Below, piece after piece: positions 1-8,740 of a DNA stretch of 32,000 bases; position 1 is the first letter of the stretch; each line of letters starts with the position of its first letter. Source of the stretch: Promethearchaeum syntrophicum (GTDB lineage Archaea; Asgardarchaeota; Lokiarchaeia; Sigyniarchaeales; Promethearchaeaceae); NCBI RefSeq assembly GCF_008000775.2, contig NZ_CP042905.2, positions 1,080,001-1,112,000 on the forward strand, written 5' to 3'. The translations under genes and the position numbers were made by a program. Under the pieces are notes generated by a model. The model was not told the origin of the DNA and did not search any database. It saw only the letters and a program-made list of their open reading frames with translations.

Positions 1-1
1 C

Positions 2-229
2 ATATTCAAAAAGAACGAAGAATTACTTCGTCTCTACAAACAAGCTCAAATCAATAAAGAATTTAAAAATACGTTAAGGAAAATTAATGAATTGTTTTTA
101 GTTAATGCATGGGATGAATTCAATCAAGAAGTTCATTCAGCTTTGATAATTCTTGAAAATAATTATGAAAATATTTTGGAAAGTCAAAAAATTAAATTAG
201 AAGAATTTTCAAAACGTTCAAGATTCTAA
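2..229 (+). CDS. C-terminal fragment of a truncated hypothetical protein, helical and charged, running in from the left edge
   Basis: Frame open from base 2 to TAA at 227-229; translates ...IFKKNEELLRLYKQAQINKEFKNTLRKINELFLVNAWDEFNQEVHSALIILENNYENILESQKIKLEEFSKRSRF. Read directly; absent from the ORF track because it is partial. Confidence 0.6.
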   Translation: MFKKNEELLRLYKQAQINKEFKNTLRKINELFLVNAWDEFNQEVHSALIILENNYENILESQKIKLEEFSKRSRF

Positions 230-670
230 AGTTAATCTAACCAATTTTTTAAGAGTTTCATCAAATTTTCGTTGAATTTCATCCAAATCTGTGAGGATTT
301 TAGTGAATTCATCAAAAATCTCCCATTTATACAAAACGATTAACTTTATACTATTCGCTTCTTTTGGGAAATAATATTGGGTTAATTTTATTCCATTAAA
401 ATTCATGGAAACTAACATTTTTCTTGCTATCATAATTAATAGATCAGAAGATTGTCGCGTTAATAAAATACCTAACAAATTTAGAGATTTTCCTTGAAAA
501 AAAATATAAGGATAATATTTCTTTTTACTTTGAAATATGATAATTTGTTCAATCGCTTCGATTTTCTTATCAATCTGAAGAGGGATAAGTTTTCCTTGCA
601 CACTTTTAGATGATTCTTGCGTTTTAACTAATTTTAATAATATTTTAGTCGATTTATTCACATATATCAA
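218..670 (-). CDS. Hypothetical protein (150 aa)
   Basis: Intact ORF with balanced composition, in a convergent arrangement overlapping the preceding CDS by about 12 nt. No family recognised. Confidence 0.6.
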   Translation of the reverse strand: MIYVNKSTKILLKLVKTQESSKSVQGKLIPLQIDKKIEAIEQIIIFQSKKKYYPYIFFQGKSLNLLGILLTRQSSDLLIMIARKMLVSMNFNGIKLTQYYFPKEANSIKLIVLYKWEIFDEFTKILTDLDEIQRKFDETLKKLVRLTLES

Positions 671-709
671 TATAAAAGAAAATAAAAAAAGTTTTTAGCT
701 TGATTCTAA

Positions 710-1261
710 TTAGAAATTCGTGGAAAACATTGCTGCCAATCCACCGAAGAACGCTCCATTGAAAATTGCAGCTAAAATTATAATAAGATATGGTGTATGA
801 TACATGCTTGGGACTATTGTTGCTCCAATTGCAGTTACCGATGAAATTCCTAAAGCTGGAATCAATATAAATATTATAGGCAGTACTGATAAAATGAAAA
901 TTGCTAACATCAGTCCGAAAAATGCAGATTTACTTGATTCATTTGATGATTTACCAGCAAATATTGCTGCAACTAATCCTGGAACTAACACCCAAACCAT
1001 TCCAAAAATATTTGTTAGAACTGGGTAAGGATTTGCTCCCATATTTACATGATACATCAAAGATGTAAAGACATCAGCTTGTACTCCACCTGGGCTTAAT
1101 AAAGCGGTAAAGAAACCCCAGAGATCATCACCGATCAAACCAAAGAATGCTCCAATAGTTGCACCTCCAACTCCACCTACTGCTGCGTAGACGAATAGGA
1201 AGATAGCGTTCAATAGGAAATATATACCTATACTAATACCAAAAGTTTTTCCAAAACCCAT
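710..1261 (-). CDS. Hypothetical multi-pass membrane protein (183 aa)
   Basis: Several hydrophobic segments (ISIGIYFLLNAIFLFVYAAVGG, VWVLVPGLVAAIFAG, LMLAIFILSVLPIIFILIPAL, YLIIILAAIFNGAFFGGLAAMF). Confidence 0.75.
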   Translation of the reverse strand: MGFGKTFGISIGIYFLLNAIFLFVYAAVGGVGGATIGAFFGLIGDDLWGFFTALLSPGGVQADVFTSLMYHVNMGANPYPVLTNIFGMVWVLVPGLVAAIFAGKSSNESSKSAFFGLMLAIFILSVLPIIFILIPALGISSVTAIGATIVPSMYHTPYLIIILAAIFNGAFFGGLAAMFSTNF

Positions 1262-1434
1262 TTTAATTTACTCCAATTATTGATTTAATTACTTATTATA
1301 ATAATCAACACGAATATTAATATAATTTTGGAAGTGATGAATTAAAAATATATGCGAATAATCTGATTTTACTGAAGATAGGAGTGGAAATTTAGAAAAA
1401 TAAAAAAAAAATGAAAATATTTTTCTTAAAATTC

Positions 1435-1965
1435 TCAGTGTATTGTTATTGTAACTCCAGATGACAGTGCAGTGAACATTACGATAGTTATTATTAGTGC
1501 TGCAAGTAAGAATGATAATTGACGTTTTTTAGGATCCATATCTTCATCAGCAGAATACCCAATAAAACCAACCATTACAAAAATCAAACCGAAATTGACT
1601 CCAACTCTCGCAATATTTTCAAATATCACCTCTTGAAATCTCATCCAATCTGCTTTAGCATATATCTCTCTATCTCTTTCGAGGTATTCTTGGTATCCAT
1701 AATCACCTCTCCAGTATCCCAAATCATTTTCATGTAACTGATAGTTTTCCCAGTCATAGGAATTGTTTGCCAGAGAAATACTTATCAATGCTGTGGTTCC
1801 AAAAATTATTGCAATTATCATGCCTCCAATAATAAATTTGGTTGCTTTCCTTCGATCAATATCAATTAATCTGTCCCATAAGCTTACTTCTTCATTTTCT
1901 TTAGCGACTTTTTTAATAGGGTTATCTGCAATGATCGCTTTTTTACTTGTTGTTTTTTTTGCCAT
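1435..1965 (-). CDS. Hypothetical membrane protein (176 aa), about 3-4 TM, Lys-rich N-terminus
   Basis: TM segments FIIGGMIIAIIFGTTALISISLA, VGVNFGLIFVMVGFIGYS, LSFLLAALIITIVMFTALSSG; lies 3 bp downstream of the next minus-strand CDS. Confidence 0.7.
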   Translation of the reverse strand: MAKKTTSKKAIIADNPIKKVAKENEEVSLWDRLIDIDRRKATKFIIGGMIIAIIFGTTALISISLANNSYDWENYQLHENDLGYWRGDYGYQEYLERDREIYAKADWMRFQEVIFENIARVGVNFGLIFVMVGFIGYSADEDMDPKKRQLSFLLAALIITIVMFTALSSGVTITIH

Positions 1966-1968
1966 ATC

Positions 1969-2637
1969 TTATCCACTCCTGAATTTTTTAATGGAATAGT
2001 TTATTATAATAAGTCCTGCAAGTATTAACATTGCCCAACCCGCTGTAGAAAATCCATTTCTTAATAGAGTGCTAGGACCGTCTTTATAGATTTCAATATT
2101 ATAAGTTACTTCAGTGCTCATGTTGTACGAATTAGAACCGTAAACAAACACCACATAATCACCCGGTTCATTCCAAATATAACCTCCTGAACTTCCATCT
2201 CCCATAAATTCAATAAAATAGAAATCATCTTGAATGCAACTTACAACCATTTGAGTCTCTCCGAACCAACTTGGATCTCCACTCCAAGCAGGCTTACTTA
2301 TAAGGAAATAACGCCCACTGACATTCTTAGGTCCATAAGTATCATTTTTTATATATTCTGAATCAAAAAGTCCTTTCCCAAATATTTTGAGATATGCTGT
2401 TACATTTTGCGAATACACAGAAAATTTGATTGTGATTTTTTGATTTTTTTTAATACTAATTTCGTATGCATCTACATCGTGAAATGATTTTTCGCTTTCT
2501 TGATTAACAATTTTGCTCGATTCATTATGGATAAGGATTGATTCTGTCATTTCACCCAAAAGGGGTCCCAGAATAAGACAAATAATACCCAAGGTTAGAA
2601 GAATTTTTATTGTTTTTTTTATTTTCATTTTCTCCAT
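1969..2637 (-). CDS. Hypothetical membrane-anchored protein (222 aa) with extracytoplasmic beta-rich domain
   Basis: N-terminal TM (IKILLTLGIICLILGPLLG), ectodomain with several N-X-S/T sequons (NES, NVT, NVS, NMS), C-terminal TM (AGWAMLILAGLIIINYSIKKF) and basic tail. Confidence 0.7.
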   Translation of the reverse strand: MEKMKIKKTIKILLTLGIICLILGPLLGEMTESILIHNESSKIVNQESEKSFHDVDAYEISIKKNQKITIKFSVYSQNVTAYLKIFGKGLFDSEYIKNDTYGPKNVSGRYFLISKPAWSGDPSWFGETQMVVSCIQDDFYFIEFMGDGSSGGYIWNEPGDYVVFVYGSNSYNMSTEVTYNIEIYKDGPSTLLRNGFSTAGWAMLILAGLIIINYSIKKFRSG

Positions 2638-2845
2638 CTCGTTTATCTATCAGATGAAATTTCTGATATGTTCACAAATTATCTCATTACTTAAATAAAT
2701 TTTACAAAATTACTAATTAATGGCTTAATAATTGATACTTCTAGTAAACTTTGCTTTTTTAGTTGATAAAGAGGTAAATAATCTAGAATAATTTCACTAA
2801 GATTGAATGAATAGAATTTTTTATTTTGAGTCATTAATAATACTA

Positions 2846-3625
2846 ATGCCATTGGAATTAGCACGAAAAAAAGAGTTTTATGATAAACATCTTAATTTCA
2901 CCGATAGAACGTTAATAGATTATAATATATCTCCCGGAACAATGGCAAAATTTAATATTATTAAAGAAAGAATTGGAAGTAATCATCATTTTAAGACTGG
3001 ACTCGAAGTAGGATGTAGTGGAAATTCATTTATTCATTTTTTAAATAATGTAGATCATCGAATTTTATTAGATATAGCTCATAAACCGTTGATACCATAT
3101 GCAAATTATTTAAGATATCATCCTTCAGAAGGTACATTAACCCAAATTCCTTATAAAGATAATTCATTTGATTTAGTTGTAGGGTTAGATGTGATTGAAC
3201 ATATTTATGATGATGGGTATGCTGCTTCTGAAATGATAAGAGTGCTTCAACCAAAAGGCTTATTAGTAGTTTCAGTCCCTCATCGAATGAAATATTATTC
3301 TCATCAAGATGTTTTAATTGGTCATTATCGAAGATATGAATTAGATCAATTGAGAAATCTTTTTATATCACGTGGTCTTGAAGAATTAACCTATTTTGGA
3401 GTTTATGGTCAAGCAATGCGCGTTCAATTATATCAAGCAGCAAATCCTGATAAAATGGAAGCTGATTTACAAAATTTAAGAAAAAAATACATCTCAAATC
3501 CCGTATTTCGACGAATTTATGATAAAATTGTTAAATTTGGGAGCAAATGTATGAAAATAGATGCAAATTTTCAACCGTTAAGGAACATAATGAACATTTG
3601 TATTATTTTTCGCAAACCATCTTAA
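2846..3625 (+). CDS. SAM-dependent methyltransferase (Methyltransf_11-like)
   Basis: Motif I-like TGLEVGCSGNSF, 'NSFDLVVGLDVIEHIYDDGYAASEMIRVLQPKGLLVVSVPH'. The ORF track starts at 2807; an internal ATG at 2846 (MPLELARKKEFYDKH) looks equally or more plausible. Confidence 0.8.
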   Translation: MPLELARKKEFYDKHLNFTDRTLIDYNISPGTMAKFNIIKERIGSNHHFKTGLEVGCSGNSFIHFLNNVDHRILLDIAHKPLIPYANYLRYHPSEGTLTQIPYKDNSFDLVVGLDVIEHIYDDGYAASEMIRVLQPKGLLVVSVPHRMKYYSHQDVLIGHYRRYELDQLRNLFISRGLEELTYFGVYGQAMRVQLYQAANPDKMEADLQNLRKKYISNPVFRRIYDKIVKFGSKCMKIDANFQPLRNIMNICIIFRKPS

Positions 3626-3629
3626 TTTT

Positions 3630-4736
3630 TTACGAATTTCCGGGTAAGTGTATTGCAATTTGGCAGACTTTATCCCCTTTGAGAATTGATTTTATCACTT
3701 TGACTTCCACAGATTTACCAAGAATCCGTTCCCATGTAGATTTATAAAAACCTGCCCCACAATTACAATAAGTTGGGGATAAGGTTTTATCAGGAGTTTT
3801 TAATACATTTCGAATACGAGAACAGTGACAGTAGTTCATCTTTCTTTCCAGATGATTTCCTGCTTCAAAATATCCTTTAATATTAGCAGCCATTTTTGTA
3901 GCATATATGATGTTTCCTTCTTTATAACCTGCCTCTCCCCAGTTATCTGTAAGAATAACATTCATCCATTCTTTTTTTAAATCCATTCTGGCTTTTAATC
4001 TTGTTAAGAAATTTTCTTTCATGAAGGAATGAACTTCATCAATGCTATGATTTTTTTCATAAACATCTTTATATTCTTTAATTCGGGAATCAGGAATTAT
4101 ATGCGCGCATTTGGTGAGAATTTTCCTTTTCTCTTCATCCGTAAATTTTTCGTCCATTTTATCAATTTTATCAATTGTCCAATCTATATTTTCTTCGTCA
4201 GAATAAAGATCCTTAGGATTGATTTCTTCTGGAATTATTTCAATTCTTAATTTGTTTCCTACAATTTCATCGAGATTTTTAGAAAGGAGGTCTCTCCAAG
4301 GATCTTCTGTTTTCAATGGATTTTTCAGATAATATGAATAAAATTCTCTATCGAATGGACTTTGAACAATAATTTTTTCGATATCTAGATGGATTAAACA
4401 AAATAAGGGATCTTCATAAGATGTCCAATACGTATCAAACCAGGTTATTTCTTCAGAAACTTTCTTCTTTAATTTTTCATCTTTAATTATAAACGCTTTA
4501 CCTCGCGCTCTTAAACTTCCTATATTGTCACCTTGCTTTAATGAGAAACTAAATTCAAAATTATTATTTTTCTGAATCTGGTTTACTTTTGACCGAGGAG
4601 TTTTTGTGGTAGTATACCATTTGTTGTTAGAAGGTATTAAGGCCATTATTCTGACCCTAGGTTGATTATCCTCAATGGTTGCAAAATGCATTAAGACATC
4701 TTTTGCCATAAATTCGTAAATTTCTTCCAATAACAT
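3630..4736 (-). CDS. Two-domain protein: PNPOx-like FMN-binding split barrel fused to a Cys-rich C-terminal domain
   Basis: N-terminus 'MAKDVLMHFATIEDNQPRVRIMALIPSNNKWYTTTKTPRSKVNQIQKN' is typical of the pyridoxamine 5'-phosphate oxidase-like superfamily; C-terminus has 'NYCHCSRIRN...YCNCGAGFYKSTWERILG'. Confidence 0.65.
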   Translation of the reverse strand: MLLEEIYEFMAKDVLMHFATIEDNQPRVRIMALIPSNNKWYTTTKTPRSKVNQIQKNNNFEFSFSLKQGDNIGSLRARGKAFIIKDEKLKKKVSEEITWFDTYWTSYEDPLFCLIHLDIEKIIVQSPFDREFYSYYLKNPLKTEDPWRDLLSKNLDEIVGNKLRIEIIPEEINPKDLYSDEENIDWTIDKIDKMDEKFTDEEKRKILTKCAHIIPDSRIKEYKDVYEKNHSIDEVHSFMKENFLTRLKARMDLKKEWMNVILTDNWGEAGYKEGNIIYATKMAANIKGYFEAGNHLERKMNYCHCSRIRNVLKTPDKTLSPTYCNCGAGFYKSTWERILGKSVEVKVIKSILKGDKVCQIAIHLPGNS

Positions 4737-4739
4737 TTC

Positions 4740-6485
4740 TTACTTTTTTCCCTTGGACTTCTTCTTTAGAGATTTCTTGAGTTTTTTTAGATCTTTCTTT
4801 AATTTTTTTATTTGTTTTTTATTACCCTTTCTAACTTCTTTATCTGTCGTTTTGATATTTTTGAGATCAACTATTTGCTGTTCAATATTAATAATCTGAT
4901 TTCCAAGGCTATCGAGAATTTCTGCAGTTTTAATAATTTCTAATTTTGCTTTTTCTAATCGTTTTTCTGATTCGATCTTTTCTCTTTCCAATCTTGCTTT
5001 TTCAATTCTTTCGTTTGCCAATCTTGCTTTTTCAATTCTTTCTTTCTCCAATTCCTTAGCTTTCATCTCTTCACGTATTTTTCTCTGGATTTCTTCTTCT
5101 TCCTTCTTTTTCATCTCTTCTTCTTCAATCCCATTTATCCAGAAATTGATTTTTTCCAAATAATCTTTTTTGTCACGTTGATTTAAACCTAAATTTGGTT
5201 TTTGACGTAAAAGATAATTTGCAATTTTGCTCATATCCCACATATAATCCGATTGTAGAATTATTTTTCTAATATTTTCTCTGGCTAAATCGAAGGCTTT
5301 CCCAATTGAGATCATATCGTAATCACCTTCAACAAGAGAATATAGATAGCTAAGAATTTCTTTAATATTTCCTTCTGGTATCTTTGGTAAAGGTTTAATT
5401 TCAACACTATTATGTTTTAGAAAACTTAATTCAAATTTTTCTGTTTCTTCTACAGGTCCACCTTTATAATTAATCGGAATTTTAATTTTTTCTTTCATGC
5501 TGGCGTTATAATCGAATTTTTTTAATTTGGGTGGCTTAACCATCGCTTCATAAAACATTTTTGACTTTCTTTTAAATTTCTCGGGCCATTCTACATCAGT
5601 TTTGAAATTATAATCTGCAGTATTAAAAATTGTTTCAACTGAATCAACTGGGGGAATTTTTTCATCGTCAGGTAGAACCTTTTGAACAAATAGAGAATTT
5701 AATTGATTTGCACTATTTTCTATAATTGAAAATAAATACATTGGGTCAATTTCAACCTTTGAATAAACTTGTTTTAATAATTGTATGTTTAATTTAATCA
5801 AATCAAGATCTTGTTGGGTAAAGTAATCAATTGCAAATATATCAAATCCGTAATCTATGCTTTCTATTCCTGCAGTACATTCAAAATAAGAAGGTTGTGG
5901 AAAATTTTCCATTTTATTTGAGATCAATATTTTATTATAAAATTCAGGATGAGAACTTAACACTTGATGCCCGTATTGGCCTATCTGATAACTATTCGGA
6001 TCACTGATGTATTTCATCATTTCTAGAAATATCTCTTTATTTGGAGTAAAAATATTTCTCATAAGTGCTCCTTTAATAAAGGTTATTGCATTACTGGGTT
6101 TATTGGAGAGATTTAATGGAACTTTGACAATGTTTTCTTTAAAAATGACATCACTTTCATCACTTATGGATAAATTTTTGGATTTTATCATATAGTTAAC
6201 TACAAAATCTGATAGTATGAGTCCAGTCAATTGTTTATGATCTACAATATATTCACCTGGATTAATCTCAAATTTTGTGTAATAATATCCCAAGCCGAAA
6301 ATTAAATGCATTGTTCCGTGTTCAGTCCGTAAAGTGGTTTCTGACCCTGCATAAAAGATTACAACATCGGTATGAATTTTAGATACTTTCTGAGATAAAT
6401 AACGGCCCAAGGTTGGGTAACCCATTAATTCACCCCAACTTGGAATTATAAAAAGATTATTATAAGGAATTATATTTGCACACAT
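4740..6485 (-). CDS. Hypothetical protein (581 aa) with C-terminal charged coiled coil
   Basis: Long intact ORF; residues after about 460 are E/K/R heptad-like (EEEEMKKKEEEEIQRKIREEMKAKELEKERIEKARLANERIEKARLEREKIESEKRLEKAKLEI), ending in a poly-Lys tail. Separated from the next CDS by 3 bp. Confidence 0.7.
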   Translation of the reverse strand: MCANIIPYNNLFIIPSWGELMGYPTLGRYLSQKVSKIHTDVVIFYAGSETTLRTEHGTMHLIFGLGYYYTKFEINPGEYIVDHKQLTGLILSDFVVNYMIKSKNLSISDESDVIFKENIVKVPLNLSNKPSNAITFIKGALMRNIFTPNKEIFLEMMKYISDPNSYQIGQYGHQVLSSHPEFYNKILISNKMENFPQPSYFECTAGIESIDYGFDIFAIDYFTQQDLDLIKLNIQLLKQVYSKVEIDPMYLFSIIENSANQLNSLFVQKVLPDDEKIPPVDSVETIFNTADYNFKTDVEWPEKFKRKSKMFYEAMVKPPKLKKFDYNASMKEKIKIPINYKGGPVEETEKFELSFLKHNSVEIKPLPKIPEGNIKEILSYLYSLVEGDYDMISIGKAFDLARENIRKIILQSDYMWDMSKIANYLLRQKPNLGLNQRDKKDYLEKINFWINGIEEEEMKKKEEEEIQRKIREEMKAKELEKERIEKARLANERIEKARLEREKIESEKRLEKAKLEIIKTAEILDSLGNQIINIEQQIVDLKNIKTTDKEVRKGNKKQIKKLKKDLKKLKKSLKKKSKGKK

Positions 6486-6631
6486 GGTTTAACACCTATG
6501 AAACAGACTTTTTTGTATTTATTACATTTCTGTGTCTGAGTTGGATATTTCAGATAATAATGTTATTTGTTTTATCTTTTTTTAAATTTCCTTTAGAATA
6601 TTTTAAATCTTTACTTATTCAAAATTAAAAC

Positions 6632-8689
6632 ATGGAAAAAATAAATAACTTTTTTAAATACAAACATTCTGAACTAATTCTTGTTAGCATTATGTTCCTA
6701 TTTTTTCTGGAATTATTTTCTGATTTTGTGGAAAGTGTTTACATTTTCGCTTTGATGACTTTATCGCTTAATGTTAATGTACTATCTGTTCTATTTTTCT
6801 TTACTCCGGTTTTATTGTTATTTTTCAGAAAAAAAGTACCTGATAAAGTATTGTTAATAGTCGGGCTATTAATGGTAATATCAAGAATATTAGAGCCATT
6901 ATTTGATACTACGCTTCGAATGCTTATATCTGGATTGGGAGTAGGATGTTTTATGTTCTATTTTCCCGCATTTCTTTCAAGACAAAAAGTAAACAATGAA
7001 GAAACTACTAGTTATACCTTAGGTATAGGGCTAATTGTTGCACTTTCCATATCAATTTTGTTTAGAACACTAAATTCATCAATAGATATTTCCACTTATA
7101 CTGAGTTTCAGATAGTTGGTTGGATTCTTGGGGGATTAGAAATAAATCTTTTTATTAGACACTATAATAATTGCACTAATGAGAAAGAATCAAGTGAAAA
7201 ATTAGAATCTCCCTCATTAGATTCAAATTCTGAGAACCATCATAAAAAAAAAGGGCGAATATTTGTATATATAATTGGAATATTTAGTATCTTACTGGTA
7301 ATTAATTTTGTTTTTAATGGATCTACTGTACTGGCAAGATGGACTGAAGGAAATTATATTTTTATAACTAGTAGTATAATAATTATATTATGTTTATTTG
7401 CCATTTTGTTACTCTATAAACCAGAACTAATTTTCAATCTAAAACCATATATAATTTATTTGTGGAATGGATTATTTTTTATTTTTCTGGTTGTTACTAT
7501 TGCCGTAAATCAAATATCTTTTCCACATACATTAGATATTTATCCAATCGTGGTTTCACAACCTAAACCATTACAATTATTACCGCTTGCTTTACTAATC
7601 ATTCTAATACCGATCCTATTTATTGATTTTATTTTGTTAATTAGATTATTAATTAAATGCAAACCAACGGTAAAGAAATTAGCTTGGAGCTTTACATTTG
7701 GAGGAGGATTTTACTCATTATTAATGATTTTTGCAATAATCTTCACCTCAACATGGGGATTCGTCCCTCCTGTAAGTTTTTTCTTTAGGGACCGTCTTTG
7801 GTTAGTATTTTTATTTATCACAGGTTGTTTTACCAATTTTAATTGGTTTAGAATAGTAAAAAAGAACCCTTTTATCTTTAAAGATTTAAAATTTGGTAAA
7901 AAAACTAAGAAATCTGCATTAATATTATTAGGAATCATTGGTGTAGGAACTATTGCTGGAGTAATTGCTCTTGAGCCTAGACCTATAGCACAACCAGCAG
8001 GTGCGACTTCATTTAAGATTTTAACATACAACCTCCAACAAGGAACAAATGATAATGCAACTAAGAATTATGATGGTCAACTTGAACAAATAAGAGAGAT
8101 TGATGCAGATGTTATTGGTTTACAAGAATCGAGTAAAATTGCAGGAAATTCCGATGTAGTTCGATATTTTGCTGACAAGTTAAATATGTATTCATATTTT
8201 GGACCAAAAGGAGTCACCGGCACCACAGGTGTCGCTTTGCTGTCTAAATATCCTATTCAATGCGCCAAAACTCTCTATCATTATAATGAAGATTCAGATC
8301 GTAAACAAACTGCAACCATCGAGGCAGAAATTGTGATTGGATCACGAACTTTCACAATATATATTACTCATACTTATGGATCAATGGATGCTAAGAGTAT
8401 GCTTGTAAATGATATTCTCGATAGATCTGTTGATAAAGAAAATGTACTTTTTATCGGTGATATGAATTTTAGGCAATATTCAGAACCTTATAATATAACT
8501 ACTAATGTTTTAGTAGATGCTTGGCTGGATATATGGCCTAAAGCCGTGGATGATAATGGATTAAATGCAAGTCGTAGAATTGATCACATTTTCGTAGATC
8601 CAGATTTAAATATCGATAGTTGTGAATATATTGATTGGATTGAGATTGAATCTGATCATCCTGCCGGGACCGCAGTAGTTTCATGGTAA
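6632..8689 (+). CDS. Multi-pass membrane protein with C-terminal endonuclease/exonuclease/phosphatase (EEP) domain; CWH43/PGAP2-interacting-protein-like
   Basis: More than 10 hydrophobic segments, then EEP motifs: 'FKILTYNLQQG', 'DADVIGLQESS', 'NSDVVRYFADKLNMYSYFGPKGVTGTTGVALLSKYPI', 'FIGDMNF', 'RRIDHIFVD', 'SDHPAGTAVV'. Confidence 0.7.
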   Translation: MEKINNFFKYKHSELILVSIMFLFFLELFSDFVESVYIFALMTLSLNVNVLSVLFFFTPVLLLFFRKKVPDKVLLIVGLLMVISRILEPLFDTTLRMLISGLGVGCFMFYFPAFLSRQKVNNEETTSYTLGIGLIVALSISILFRTLNSSIDISTYTEFQIVGWILGGLEINLFIRHYNNCTNEKESSEKLESPSLDSNSENHHKKKGRIFVYIIGIFSILLVINFVFNGSTVLARWTEGNYIFITSSIIIILCLFAILLLYKPELIFNLKPYIIYLWNGLFFIFLVVTIAVNQISFPHTLDIYPIVVSQPKPLQLLPLALLIILIPILFIDFILLIRLLIKCKPTVKKLAWSFTFGGGFYSLLMIFAIIFTSTWGFVPPVSFFFRDRLWLVFLFITGCFTNFNWFRIVKKNPFIFKDLKFGKKTKKSALILLGIIGVGTIAGVIALEPRPIAQPAGATSFKILTYNLQQGTNDNATKNYDGQLEQIREIDADVIGLQESSKIAGNSDVVRYFADKLNMYSYFGPKGVTGTTGVALLSKYPIQCAKTLYHYNEDSDRKQTATIEAEIVIGSRTFTIYITHTYGSMDAKSMLVNDILDRSVDKENVLFIGDMNFRQYSEPYNITTNVLVDAWLDIWPKAVDDNGLNASRRIDHIFVDPDLNIDSCEYIDWIEIESDHPAGTAVVSW

Positions 8690-8740
8690 TTTTTTACCTT
8701 TTTTAATAAAATAAAAATAAAAAAAGTCACATTGAGAATT

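Noticed and set aside
804-1999. Plus-strand ORFs 804..1028, 1519..1737 and 1763..1999
   Set aside because: Antisense to better-supported membrane-protein CDSs; composition typical of shadow ORFs.
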